From the NCBI GenBank assembly GCA_036387215.1, contig DASVUE010000164.1: DNA of 64,000 nucleotides; one strand, written 5' to 3'. The translations under genes and the position numbers were made by a program. The notes beneath the pieces are model-generated. The model did not search any database. It saw nothing but the letters and a program-made list of their open reading frames with translations, and had not been told where the DNA came from. This DNA is from Allosphingosinicella sp. Lineage in GTDB: Bacteria > Pseudomonadota > Alphaproteobacteria > Sphingomonadales > Sphingomonadaceae. This document shows positions 48,457-58,573 of this stretch, piece after piece; position 1 is the first letter of the stretch; each line of letters opens with the position of its first letter.

Positions 48457-51400
48457 TCAATCGTATCGATCATCCTCGCCATGATCGGCATAGGGCTGCA
48501 CACGTAGGCCCCGTTGCGCGATCATCGGGCGCATCTTGGAGAGGATCGGATCCTCATTCATCCGCATGATCATGTGATCGCGGAGCGCATCCGGAACGCC
48601 GCACATCAAGGCGACAATCGCATCGAGCCGGGTCAGCGCATCAGCATAGTTCTTAACGAGGTTGTCAGTCGCCAGAGAACGGATGGCCTCAGCCACTTCA
48701 GCGAGGTTGCCGGGTACAAAAATGTCGAGCAAATGCTCCCTTGCGAGGAGGTCCTCGGGATCGGCTTCAAGCTTCCGCTCAATGGTGAAACGGATCAGGG
48801 TCCGAAGGTCAGCATCGGGAACGGTGATGTTGAAAAAGAGATCGCTGGATCGGATCTGATCGCCCGCTTCGATGATCGATGCGATTCCAATTCCCGTCTC
48901 CGAAGCGCCATTGACGTCGATCCCGACCGCTTTGGCATCCTGATTGACGATCAGGCTCGCCAGTGAAGAGCCGTTTGCGGTTCCGGCGGTTATGAGCGCA
49001 TCAATCGTGCGGTAACGATCGGCGATGTCGCTATCGGCCTCGAGGACCGCCTGCCCCGCAGTGGTCAGTTCCTGCACATTCGCCGGAGATCGATCTTGCG
49101 GGATGGGCAGCAGTGTGAGGGTTCGCTTGTACCAGTGGCAGCCAAGGTCCTCGATGACCGATGAGCGCAGGACACGGGCCGCATAAAACTGAATCAGCCG
49201 GCTGAGAACGAAGATGTGGAGCGGAAAATCTTCGGTCAGTTCAATGACGTAGGCTGTGTTCTGGAACCCCTGCCCCGGCAGCAGCTGGGCAATGGTCGGA
49301 AGCTGCGAAATCTCGCGCGCGGCAAAGGTACGCTGGTAGCTGAGATGATCGGCGTAGCTGTAAATGTATCTTGTGCTCTCCCGCCGCGCCGTTGGGGACC
49401 ATTCGCCCATCGGTGCACCCAGCAGGCCTTGCGGGAAGATGTTTTGCCCCTTGAAGAGGGTTACGCAATTCTGGTCGGCAGGTCGGCGGAGGGCCGCAGC
49501 ACCGCCAAGCTTCACGCCATAATTGAACAACAGCTCCGGCCGGTACGCATAGCGTTCGTGGGTAGGTTCATCGACCTGCACATCGGCGATGCGGCTGTTG
49601 ACGCGCTTAACATAGACCAGCTTCACCATCTCGCCGAGGCGGGGAAGATCACGGAGCGCCAGCAGCGCCTGGTCATCGCCCTTGTCGAACTTGGTCAGGA
49701 TCGCGTCTGAGCTGCCCTCGTCGCCGCGCAGCGCGAGAAGCCAGGCCGGCGGCGTAGTAAGTGGCTCGAGTACTGTCACCGCTTCGTCGACGGGTCCGTC
49801 CGCTGCAGCTTCACCTCGGGCAATGGCTGGCACCGCGTCGCCAGCATGGCCAGCTTCGTCCACCTCGGGAGTGTCAGCTCCCTCTTGCGTCACGACCTCG
49901 AGAGCGCCTCGCAGATTGGACGGCAGGTAAGCAAGACGATCGAGCATCCCTCGCCTGACCGTGGTGCGCTTGGCGTGGGTGAAATCGATTTCATCATCGA
50001 TCAGCGCGCTGGGATCGAGCTGCAGAAGCTCGACATCATCGTCGGCCGAGGCTGGGCTCTTCTCGACCACCATGATCACCGTCGCGCGCTTGACGCCGCG
50101 GAAGGTGACCTTTCCGAGGCCCTCTAGGTCGGCGATGAGGCGGATGCGGTAGCCCTGAAGAATACGCCGAAGCGGCCCGGCATAAGTGGCCTCCGTGATC
50201 CCGATCGGCACGATGAAAGCAAGGGTGCCGCCCGGCTTCACCCACTGCTGCAATGCCCGGTAGATGAAGAAGATCGAGCTGTCGGTGTTCTTGAAGGTGA
50301 CGGCCTCATAGGCATCGCCCGCACCTGCGGCGCCGGAGCGTTCCGCCCGGATATAGGGCGGGTTCATGATGACAACGTCGTAGGAGCCCTTCACGGTTCG
50401 CTCGAAGCCCGCCGGGACCAGCGCCTGGGCTCGCTCACGACCGGCGTAGGCGACCCGGAAAGCGAGACCCGATTGTCCGGATCCTTGCCCACGGTCGCCG
50501 GCGAGGCTCAACCCCATCGTGTCGAGCGAGGACCATCCACCATAGAGTTTCAGGACCGGCAGGATAGAGCGGGCGAAATCACGAATTTCGGTGGCGGACT
50601 TGTTGCGAACGACCTCGATGAGGTGCCAGAAGACCTGGATCTGGGCGAGCGTGACCGAGAAGGTCGAGATGTCGAGGCCATGCAGGCGGCCAATGACTTC
50701 GCGAACCGTGTCGCCCGTGATGGCCCCGGCCGTCGAAAGGACTTGAAGCTGGTGGGCGAGCGCTTCGACCAGGAAGGTGCCGGTTCCGCACGCAGGGTCG
50801 AGGACGGTCGATTGCGGCGACCAGCCCGCGGCCTGCAGCATGAAGCGCGCCACTTCGGGCCGCGTATAAACCTCGCCAAGGCGCCGACGCTGCGAGACAT
50901 CCAGATATTGATCATAGACGCCCGACAGGATGTCACCGCGCACGGTGCGAAAGTCCCAGCGGGACAGGACATAGGCAGCCCGTTCGAGCGCCTCGGACAG
51001 GAGTTGGTCATCGCGGCGGACCGCCCAGTCGAGGAGGTTGGCATCGAAGATCGACCGGAAGATCGTTCCGGCATGCTTGTAGCTCTGGCGAAGGAGCTCC
51101 TGCATCGGCAGCGCGAAATGCTCGGCGAAGCGCCAGAAGATCTCGATCCCGCCATTGGAAATGTAGCGGACCTGGAAAAGCTCGTGATCCTCGCAAAAAC
51201 GGATGGTGAGCATGCGTGACAAGATCAGCGAGGCGGTCTCGTAGATGAGCGCATCGACCAGGCGCTTGCTCGCCTTGTTGGCCTTCCCGCTGAGCTTGAG
51301 GAGGCTGGCCTCTTCCTCGCCATTGCGGTCGGCATAGCGCCGCAGCAGATCATGCTCGATCCGGAGCGAATAGAGCACCGGCTCGAGATCGTGCATCAGT

Positions 51401-52281
51401 CTATCAAGACGGCTCTCGTATTCGACCACCTGCTCGTCGGTGAGTAGGGCGGCTTTCCTCGGATCGCTGATGTTGGCGAAGCTGAAGGGCCGCCGCTCAT
51501 CTCTCCAGTCGTAGAGCGGGTCACCATAGACCTCTTTCATGCCGTCGATGAGGGCAAGGGCGGAGCGAAGATCCTCGACGCCCTTTTCGAGCAACACCTT
51601 CTCGACCGCCTGCCGGATGGTTTCGGAAGCCGTGCGGATAGTGGCACCAAATGCCGCACGCTTGTCACCGGCGGCATCGAGATAGGCGAAGCGGGTGCGA
51701 TTGCTGCGGAAGGCGGCCAGCTCCACGTCGAGCTGCAATCGGTCGGCGGAGACGGCGCCGAAGCAATCGAGGAAGGTCTCCGGATTCTCAAGGTCCGTCC
51801 ATGACCATCTGCTCAACAGGCTCGCGGGCAGCTCGCCGCGCGCCGTAAGCGCTTGATGGAAGGCGGCGGGGTCAGCGACATCGATGCGCCACACCACTTC
51901 CTGGTCGATAAGATAGAACCAGCGCGTGCCGGCCTGCGGGTAGCTGTTTTTCTCCTTGGCAATCGCCTTGCCGTTGGTCCGGATCGCGTCCCCCGTCTTC
52001 ACTTCGAAGACCGCGGCCGCAAAGTCTGGCCCGCGAAGGGGCCTGGTTCCCTCACTCCGATAGACGACCAGGTCCGGTCGCTTCCGGCTGGTGCCGATCT
52101 TCGAATCGATCACAACCTGGCTGGAGTGGAGCAGGATTTTGAACTGAGATCGGGTCAGCAGATCGCGGACGTGAGCGTAAAGATCCGGCTCGTCAGCATT
52201 GTTGGCCGCAATCTGGCGAATTTTCGTGCGTAATTGGGCGGCAGCCGGGAGCACGGGCGAGGGAGGAAGAGCGGTAGCCAT
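48457..52281 (-). CDS. Type IIG-like restriction-modification enzyme (PD-(D/E)XK nuclease + N6-adenine methyltransferase + TRD)
   Basis: KRPDLV..FEVK, GEVYTRPEV, VLDPACGTGTFL and MNPPY. Confidence 0.88.
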   Translation of the reverse strand: MATALPPSPVLPAAAQLRTKIRQIAANNADEPDLYAHVRDLLTRSQFKILLHSSQVVIDSKIGTSRKRPDLVVYRSEGTRPLRGPDFAAAVFEVKTGDAIRTNGKAIAKEKNSYPQAGTRWFYLIDQEVVWRIDVADPAAFHQALTARGELPASLLSRWSWTDLENPETFLDCFGAVSADRLQLDVELAAFRSNRTRFAYLDAAGDKRAAFGATIRTASETIRQAVEKVLLEKGVEDLRSALALIDGMKEVYGDPLYDWRDERRPFSFANISDPRKAALLTDEQVVEYESRLDRLMHDLEPVLYSLRIEHDLLRRYADRNGEEEASLLKLSGKANKASKRLVDALIYETASLILSRMLTIRFCEDHELFQVRYISNGGIEIFWRFAEHFALPMQELLRQSYKHAGTIFRSIFDANLLDWAVRRDDQLLSEALERAAYVLSRWDFRTVRGDILSGVYDQYLDVSQRRRLGEVYTRPEVARFMLQAAGWSPQSTVLDPACGTGTFLVEALAHQLQVLSTAGAITGDTVREVIGRLHGLDISTFSVTLAQIQVFWHLIEVVRNKSATEIRDFARSILPVLKLYGGWSSLDTMGLSLAGDRGQGSGQSGLAFRVAYAGRERAQALVPAGFERTVKGSYDVVIMNPPYIRAERSGAAGAGDAYEAVTFKNTDSSIFFIYRALQQWVKPGGTLAFIVPIGITEATYAGPLRRILQGYRIRLIADLEGLGKVTFRGVKRATVIMVVEKSPASADDDVELLQLDPSALIDDEIDFTHAKRTTVRRGMLDRLAYLPSNLRGALEVVTQEGADTPEVDEAGHAGDAVPAIARGEAAADGPVDEAVTVLEPLTTPPAWLLALRGDEGSSDAILTKFDKGDDQALLALRDLPRLGEMVKLVYVKRVNSRIADVQVDEPTHERYAYRPELLFNYGVKLGGAAALRRPADQNCVTLFKGQNIFPQGLLGAPMGEWSPTARRESTRYIYSYADHLSYQRTFAAREISQLPTIAQLLPGQGFQNTAYVIELTEDFPLHIFVLSRLIQFYAARVLRSSVIEDLGCHWYKRTLTLLPIPQDRSPANVQELTTAGQAVLEADSDIADRYRTIDALITAGTANGSSLASLIVNQDAKAVGIDVNGASETGIGIASIIEAGDQIRSSDLFFNITVPDADLRTLIRFTIERKLEADPEDLLAREHLLDIFVPGNLAEVAEAIRSLATDNLVKNYADALTRLDAIVALMCGVPDALRDHMIMRMNEDPILSKMRPMIAQRGLRVQPYADHGEDDRYD

Positions 52282-53174
52282 AAGGTCCGCCCCACCGTGC
52301 AAGTCGGGACTCAGCCGGTCAACCATGTTGCTGGCACCATTTGCAAGTCGGAAGTGGAGGCAGTCGCTGTGTGCGCCAACTGAACGCCGCCCGCCCGAAC
52401 GGCTCGTCAGCTTTCTTCCTAACGCTGGACCCCCACATATTTTGCGAGGAACGGCGGCAGACATGACCAAGACACCCCAGAAACCTGCCGGCAAGCTTCT
52501 ACGCGGAAGAGCTGTTGTCCCGCCCGACGCGTGAGGCCGAACGCGAACGGTGGCTTCGCGACCTTGGCGTCGCCTTCCGAGCATGGACGAGGTTCAAATC
52601 GCGCAATTCGCTGCTTCCAGGGCCGGCTTCTATTTGGATACGGCTGTTCCGCGCAGGTGTGCCCGACTGGATCTCAGCGAGGCCATCTATTGAATGGAGG
52701 CCGAAACGCGCGAGCCTCTCGACCACGTTCGTGAGCGTCGGCGCGAGAGAAGAGCCGCCCAGGGGCGAGAGCCGCGACGTGTTCCGCGACGGGCGGGAGT
52801 TGCTGTCGCTGCTCCGGCACGAGCGTCAGAACGGACATGGGGGCGGCAGGCTTGTCACGCTCGCGCTCGACCGTCAGATCGTTGCAGATCAAAGGAAAGG
52901 GCCTGGTGGATGCCAACTTTGGAACCTCGCATTCGCCGTCTTTTGGAGCAGTCCCAATGGAAAGGCGGACCCGCACCGTCGGTGAATACGCAGTTTACCG
53001 CGATGGCATGCGGGTCAGCGCTATTCCGCCGCCCTCGGAAGAAGCGCTTCGGTGGCACCGGGATGTCGCCGCACCCGGAGTGATCAGGCCCTCGGATTGT
53101 CAGCCGCGTTGAACGGGTTAACTTGGCCCCCGCGACTCGATCGGTTCGAGTCCTCCGCGACGGGATGTAGATGC

Positions 53175-56100
53175 ATGGCGACTCATCTGGATCACCTCCC
53201 GCTGCGAGGCGGCGGTCCCGCCGAGCTGGGCGATCCGGCGGCGGCACTGCGACGCAAGCTCCACGATCAGCTGGAGAACGCCGTCGACGCGGTGACGAAG
53301 GGCTTGGGCACCTACGAGAGCCTCCGGAACCTGAGTGAGGTGATCGGCGGCGAGTATGGCGACCGCGTCATCTTCGAGCTGATTCAGAACGCCCATGACG
53401 CCCACCGCGACGGTCATGACGGCCGCATCCTCCTGCGGCTGGTGATCGGGGGCGAGGAGGAGGGCGACCTTTACGTCGCAAACGGTGGCACCGGCTTCGA
53501 CTGGGACAACGTCAACGCGATCCGCAACGTGGGCGTATCGAGCAAGACGGTCGGCGAAGGGATCGGCAACAAGGGTCTCGGGTTCCGGAGCGTGGAGACC
53601 CTGACGCACGACCCGAGGATCTACTCGCAGGCACGCGCCCGTCCCAATCAGGCCTTCGACGGTTTCTGCTTCCGCTTCGCCGGCCCGGACGAAGTCCTCG
53701 CCGAGGTTTCGGCCCTGGCGGGTCCCGACGTCGCCCGCGAGGTCGCCGAGACGCTGCCCCGCTATCTCGCGTCCGTTCCGATCGAGGATCAGCCCGACGA
53801 GATTGCCGCCTTCGCCCGGGCGGGCTTCGCCACAGTGATCCACGTCCCGATCTCCACCGGAGCGGCGCTGGCGATGGCAAAGAAGCAGGTATCGGGATTG
53901 CTCGGCGCCGAAGCGCCTTTGCTTCTCTTCCTCGACCGCTTGCGCGAGGTCACGGTTGAGATCGTGGAAGGAGGTTCAGTTCGGCGCAAGGTGCTGTCGC
54001 GCGAGGTCAAGGAGCAGCTAGGGCCGCAGGGCAAGAGCGGCAGCGACTACGAGATCGTGGAGATCCAGCCGACGGGCGAGCGCTACCTCGTCGCCAGGAG
54101 GCCCCTCGATCGGGACAAGCTGATCGCGGCCGTCGAGCGCAGCATCCCCCAGGAGCCGCAACTTGCTCGCTGGCGAGACTGGCGCGGCGAGCCGAAGGTC
54201 GCCGTGGCGGTGGCGCTCTATCGGCCGGATTCCGGTTCCGGCCGCATCTATAACTTCCTGCCGATGGCGGCAGAGATACCCTCGCCTATCGCCGGTCACG
54301 TCGACGCTCCCTTCTATGCCAGCATCGACCGGAGGCGGGCCAACTTCGAGCTGCCGCTAAACGCGTTCCTGCTCGATGCGCTCGCCGAGACGGCCGTTTT
54401 CGCGGCTTCCGAGCTCAAGCCCCTCGCGGCGACCATCGGCCGCGGTCCCCTCTTCGACCTCGCCGCCTGGAATGCGGCCGACTCCGCGCGATTGGCGTCG
54501 GCCTGGAGGACCTTGGGCCTGAACTGGTCGAAGTGCGCGTGCGTTCCCGCTGCGGGCGGTACGGCTTGGACTTCGATTTCCGCATCGTGGATGTGGGATG
54601 AGACGGGTTACCGTATTTTCCGCGCCAGGCGCCTCGTCAAGGCGGGTGCACGCGACCTCGCCGCTCCCGACCTAGGGTCGTCCCGCTTGGGTCGACTTAC
54701 GGGTCTGGTTCGAGCCGCTGGGACGGTAGCGGAGCCGCGCGGCGAAACGCTGGCGAACTGGACCCGATTGATCGCCGCGTCGCTGCTCGAGGAGAAGGCT
54801 GCGCCGAAGACTTGGGGCACCTTCTACGAGGAGATACGCCGCGCGTTCGGGGGCGTGTTCGCGCTCCAGAGCTTGAAGAACAAAGTCTTCCTTAAGGGTC
54901 GCGACGGCAAGCTCCATGCGCCTCCCGCTTCTGGCGGCGAGGAGCGTGCGATCTACATCCGGCAGGACGGAGTTTCACGCCGGCGGGACCGGGATCGCGC
55001 TCCGTTGCCGCCCGCGAGTCTTGCGCGCAAGCTGGCGATCTTCGACGAAAGCGTACCTCTCAAACCTGAGGTCGTTTCCGACTTTGTCAAGGCGGGGCTG
55101 GTTCGGCGCTACGACGCGCTCGAGTTGCTGGAAGGTCTTCCGCAGCTGTTCGGTGATCATCCCGCGCCCGGTCGGCGCGCCGACGCCCTTCGCTGGGCCA
55201 TCGACGTGTGGCGTGCCGAAGGCTTGAAGGCGGAGAAGATCCTGCGGCGCGTCGACCTTCACGTCGAGACGCGGGGAGGATGGCGCCCAGCGAGCCAGGC
55301 CTTCTTCTCCGGTGCATGGACCGCGGACGGTCGCAAGCTGACGACTTACCTTGCAGAGGCGGCTGCCCTATCCGCCGACTGCCGCCGGGCGGGCGACGCG
55401 CTGCTCCTCGGCGAATCCGAATGGGCGCCGCGCTCCGACACCGGGCGCCGGGAATGGGTATCGTTCCTGAGAGCCTGCGGTGTTCGAGACGGCCTGCCTC
55501 TCGTGAAGGACGACGCCGCGCCGGTGTCGGGATGGCCCTCGCACCTGTGGACGGGTTTCCTCCGGACGGCCGCACCGCAGGCCGGACGCGACGCAGGTTG
55601 GGTGAAGCTGCACGAGCCGTTCCACCTCAAAAATCCGATGACATGTTACGAGCGTCGGGGCGAGCTCTGGCGCCTGCCCGGCCAACTGGAGCACGAGCAG
55701 CTTCCGCCGGAGGCCCGCGAGCGCTTCGCCGACCTCATCGTGGTGATGCTGGGGAACGAGGACCGCGCCTGGCTCCGCTGGCGGCTGGGTCGTTACGATC
55801 GGTGGGAAAGCGATTGGAACGAGGTGTGCCCCTACACTCCCGCCGGCGCCTTCGTCCTTACCGCGCCATGGGTGCCGGTGGACGGCACCGATGAGGACTT
55901 CAGACGGCTGGACGAGCTTTGGGCTACCAGTAACGCCGGCGCACGCGTCCCGAGATATGTCCCGCGTCCGCGCGAGCGGCTTGCGGACGCGATCCAGGGC
56001 GATCAGTGGATGAGCAAGCTGCTGATCGGCGGCGACGCACTTCGCGATTGGGCGTCGGACGGCGAGGCAGGCCGCCGGCTCGCGGACCTCGCCGACGGGT

Positions 56101-58469
56101 CACGCCAACTCGAGTCCCGCGACCGCTCGTCCTTCCGAAAGACCTACGAGAGGGCTTGGTCGCTGGCGGTCGAGGCCAAGGCCGCTCTCCCTTCGACCTT
56201 GCCTCTCGCCGTCTGGCAGGGCGGCGGCATGGAGGTGGTCGCCGGTGATCGGGGGATCCCGACCCGTCTCTTCGTTGCCTCCGACGCGCAGCGTCCGGAA
56301 GCCCGCGCGGTGATCGCGGCCGGCCTTCCTTTGCTGGAGCTCGGGCGCGACGAGGACGTCGGTCCAGCACTCGCCATGCTGAACGCCTCAGGAGGCTTCG
56401 ACGCGGCCCGGGTCGAGGGCGGGGAAGTTGTCGTCCATGTGGACGGGGAGCCGTTCGTTCCCAGCCTGGCCGATCCGCTTCTCGCGGCGAACGGACTGGA
56501 GTGGCTGTCAGACGCCGTTCTGCTGGCAAACGAGGTGCTCGGAAGGGAGTTGGAGCGGGCGATCTCGATGGCCGCCGTCGAGGACCGGCTCCGTCGCATC
56601 AGGCTCAAGCTATGCGACACCTTGTCTCTCAGGGTCGGGACGGCGGGCGGGGCCGAGCCGCTGCGCTTCTACGCCTATCCCGACGAGAGGATGCCGACGC
56701 TCGTCGTCGCCGGAGCGACGGAGTTGGACTGGAGCTTGCTGGCGGAGGCGGCGCCGCACCTCGCCTCGCTCCTCGACCGGCGCATGCGCTCGCTCCAACG
56801 GCTCCTGCCGTTGCTCGCGGTCCGCTCCGCGGCCGGCGATCCATCCACGCGGCCGTCCGACGAAGCGTTCGCGCGCGCCCTCGACTGCCGGCCGGAGCTC
56901 GTCAGCGAACTGCTCGAGTCCAAGGGCGCGGATCACGAATTGCTCCTCCGACGGCTTCCACCTGTCGTCGCTTGCTTGACGGACGAGGAAACCGGCCGGG
57001 TGTTAGGGACCGCGCTGGGCGAAGGTGTGTCCCGGCAAGGTGCGCTGGCGGCGCTCGAGCCCATTGGCGGCTCGCTGCCGCTGCCTGCGGCCGAACTGCT
57101 CGACCTCGTCGTCGGCGTTCGGGACCTGGCCGAGCTCCGCCGCCGGCTGAACCTGGATTTCGGCCGCTTCAACCGCTTCCTGCTCGCGTTCGACCAGCAG
57201 CCGCTCAGCAACGAGCCCGAACTGAGGCGCTTGTTCGAGACGTGGAAGGACGATCTCCGCCCTGCCGTGGTCGACCGGCTTCGCCGTCGCTACCTAGCCG
57301 ATTATCGCAGCGGCCTTCCGATCGATGATTACGTCGCCTTCCGCTCGCTCGACTTTGCGCAGTTCCCCTCCGAGTGGATCTTGGAGAAGGAGGAGGTCAC
57401 TCGCGAGGACGTGGCGCGTCTCCTTCGTGACCGGCTTGATCAGGAGATCGGCGAGGACGTCCAGGTCGACATGGAATCGCTCGCGCGGGTGCGGGCGAAG
57501 AACGGGAAGGCGCTCCGCGCTTTCTTGGAAGAGGCCGCTCCCATTGTCGCCGCTTGGCTGGTCGCGCAGGAAGCGGTCGACCAGGTCTGGGCCGGCGGCG
57601 CGCAATCCGTTCTCAAGGCGCTCGAGAGGAAGGGTGTTCTCGACTTCGAGCCCGTCCCGTCGGGCGGCGAACTTCCGCTGCTACTCGACTCCGCCCTCTG
57701 GCCCAGGGCCATGCCGGCCTCGCTGGATCTGAAGGATTTGGAGCTGACGTCCGGCGACCTCGATGCGGAGCGGAAGAGGGAGGAGGAGCAGAAGGAGGCG
57801 GCGGCCAGGAAGCGCCGGTCCTTCAGCTTTGCCGGCGAGGATCTCGACACCGCCGCCGGCGACTTCGCCGAGCGGCTGATCCAGATCGCCGAGGTGGCGA
57901 TGACGGACGAGGAGTGGCTCCGCAGGTCCAGGCGGCGGTTCAAGCTCGCCGAGATGCCCCCCGGCTCGGGCGGTTCGAAATCATCCGGGGCGGGCGGCGG
58001 GCAGCGAAAGCGCACGGTGCGCATTTCGGACGACGTAAAGGGAGCCATGGGCTTTGCCGGAGAGTTCCTCGCCGGCCGCTTCCTGGCCGCCAAGCACGGC
58101 GTTCGCTTTGACGATGCCTGCTGGGTCTCCGGCAACCGTGAGCTGGCCGTTCAAGACGGTGCGGCCGGAGACGATGGTCTAGGCTTCGACTTCCGCGTCC
58201 GGACGAAGGAGGTCGAGTGGCGCTACGAGGTTAAGTCCACTCTCGACGACTCCTTCGAGTTCGAGTTCACCCAGAACGAGATGCGGGTGGCGGCCGAGTG
58301 CGCCGCCGACGCCTCCCGCCGCTACCGGATCCTCTACGTTCCCTTCGTAGACGATCCCACTCGCTGGCGCGTCATGGAGCTTCCGAACCCGATGTCGGAA
58401 GCAGGACGCGCCTTCTTCCGGACCGTCGGAGCGGGTGCCACTAGGATGCGCTTCAACCCGACGGCTTGA
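53175..58469 (+). CDS. Sacsin-like GHKL ATPase with C-terminal DUF3883/NOV_C nuclease domain
   Basis: ELIQNAHDA, VANGG.GF and SSK..GEGIGNKGLGFRSV; C-terminal GEFLA..DGLGFDF..YEVKST..FTQNE. Confidence 0.85.
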   Translation: MATHLDHLPLRGGGPAELGDPAAALRRKLHDQLENAVDAVTKGLGTYESLRNLSEVIGGEYGDRVIFELIQNAHDAHRDGHDGRILLRLVIGGEEEGDLYVANGGTGFDWDNVNAIRNVGVSSKTVGEGIGNKGLGFRSVETLTHDPRIYSQARARPNQAFDGFCFRFAGPDEVLAEVSALAGPDVAREVAETLPRYLASVPIEDQPDEIAAFARAGFATVIHVPISTGAALAMAKKQVSGLLGAEAPLLLFLDRLREVTVEIVEGGSVRRKVLSREVKEQLGPQGKSGSDYEIVEIQPTGERYLVARRPLDRDKLIAAVERSIPQEPQLARWRDWRGEPKVAVAVALYRPDSGSGRIYNFLPMAAEIPSPIAGHVDAPFYASIDRRRANFELPLNAFLLDALAETAVFAASELKPLAATIGRGPLFDLAAWNAADSARLASAWRTLGLNWSKCACVPAAGGTAWTSISASWMWDETGYRIFRARRLVKAGARDLAAPDLGSSRLGRLTGLVRAAGTVAEPRGETLANWTRLIAASLLEEKAAPKTWGTFYEEIRRAFGGVFALQSLKNKVFLKGRDGKLHAPPASGGEERAIYIRQDGVSRRRDRDRAPLPPASLARKLAIFDESVPLKPEVVSDFVKAGLVRRYDALELLEGLPQLFGDHPAPGRRADALRWAIDVWRAEGLKAEKILRRVDLHVETRGGWRPASQAFFSGAWTADGRKLTTYLAEAAALSADCRRAGDALLLGESEWAPRSDTGRREWVSFLRACGVRDGLPLVKDDAAPVSGWPSHLWTGFLRTAAPQAGRDAGWVKLHEPFHLKNPMTCYERRGELWRLPGQLEHEQLPPEARERFADLIVVMLGNEDRAWLRWRLGRYDRWESDWNEVCPYTPAGAFVLTAPWVPVDGTDEDFRRLDELWATSNAGARVPRYVPRPRERLADAIQGDQWMSKLLIGGDALRDWASDGEAGRRLADLADGSRQLESRDRSSFRKTYERAWSLAVEAKAALPSTLPLAVWQGGGMEVVAGDRGIPTRLFVASDAQRPEARAVIAAGLPLLELGRDEDVGPALAMLNASGGFDAARVEGGEVVVHVDGEPFVPSLADPLLAANGLEWLSDAVLLANEVLGRELERAISMAAVEDRLRRIRLKLCDTLSLRVGTAGGAEPLRFYAYPDERMPTLVVAGATELDWSLLAEAAPHLASLLDRRMRSLQRLLPLLAVRSAAGDPSTRPSDEAFARALDCRPELVSELLESKGADHELLLRRLPPVVACLTDEETGRVLGTALGEGVSRQGALAALEPIGGSLPLPAAELLDLVVGVRDLAELRRRLNLDFGRFNRFLLAFDQQPLSNEPELRRLFETWKDDLRPAVVDRLRRRYLADYRSGLPIDDYVAFRSLDFAQFPSEWILEKEEVTREDVARLLRDRLDQEIGEDVQVDMESLARVRAKNGKALRAFLEEAAPIVAAWLVAQEAVDQVWAGGAQSVLKALERKGVLDFEPVPSGGELPLLLDSALWPRAMPASLDLKDLELTSGDLDAERKREEEQKEAAARKRRSFSFAGEDLDTAAGDFAERLIQIAEVAMTDEEWLRRSRRRFKLAEMPPGSGGSKSSGAGGGQRKRTVRISDDVKGAMGFAGEFLAGRFLAAKHGVRFDDACWVSGNRELAVQDGAAGDDGLGFDFRVRTKEVEWRYEVKSTLDDSFEFEFTQNEMRVAAECAADASRRYRILYVPFVDDPTRWRVMELPNPMSEAGRAFFRTVGAGATRMRFNPTA

Positions 58470-58573
58470 ACACGCACCCTTTTCAACCGCGCGCGATCCT
58501 GAGACGCGCATGAGGGCCCGCGCGTCGACGACGAGGGATGAGGGGCCCCGTCGGGCGGGGTCTATTCACCGCT

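Noticed and set aside
52282-52584. N-terminal extension of the R-M ORF
   Set aside because: Arg/Gly-rich sequence that does not look like real protein; the start is more likely 52281 or 52326.
52340-53112. Possible HNH nuclease remnant (PSEEALRWHRD)
   Set aside because: Only a short C-terminal-like motif is present, with no HNH core; the fragmented ORFs cannot be assigned.
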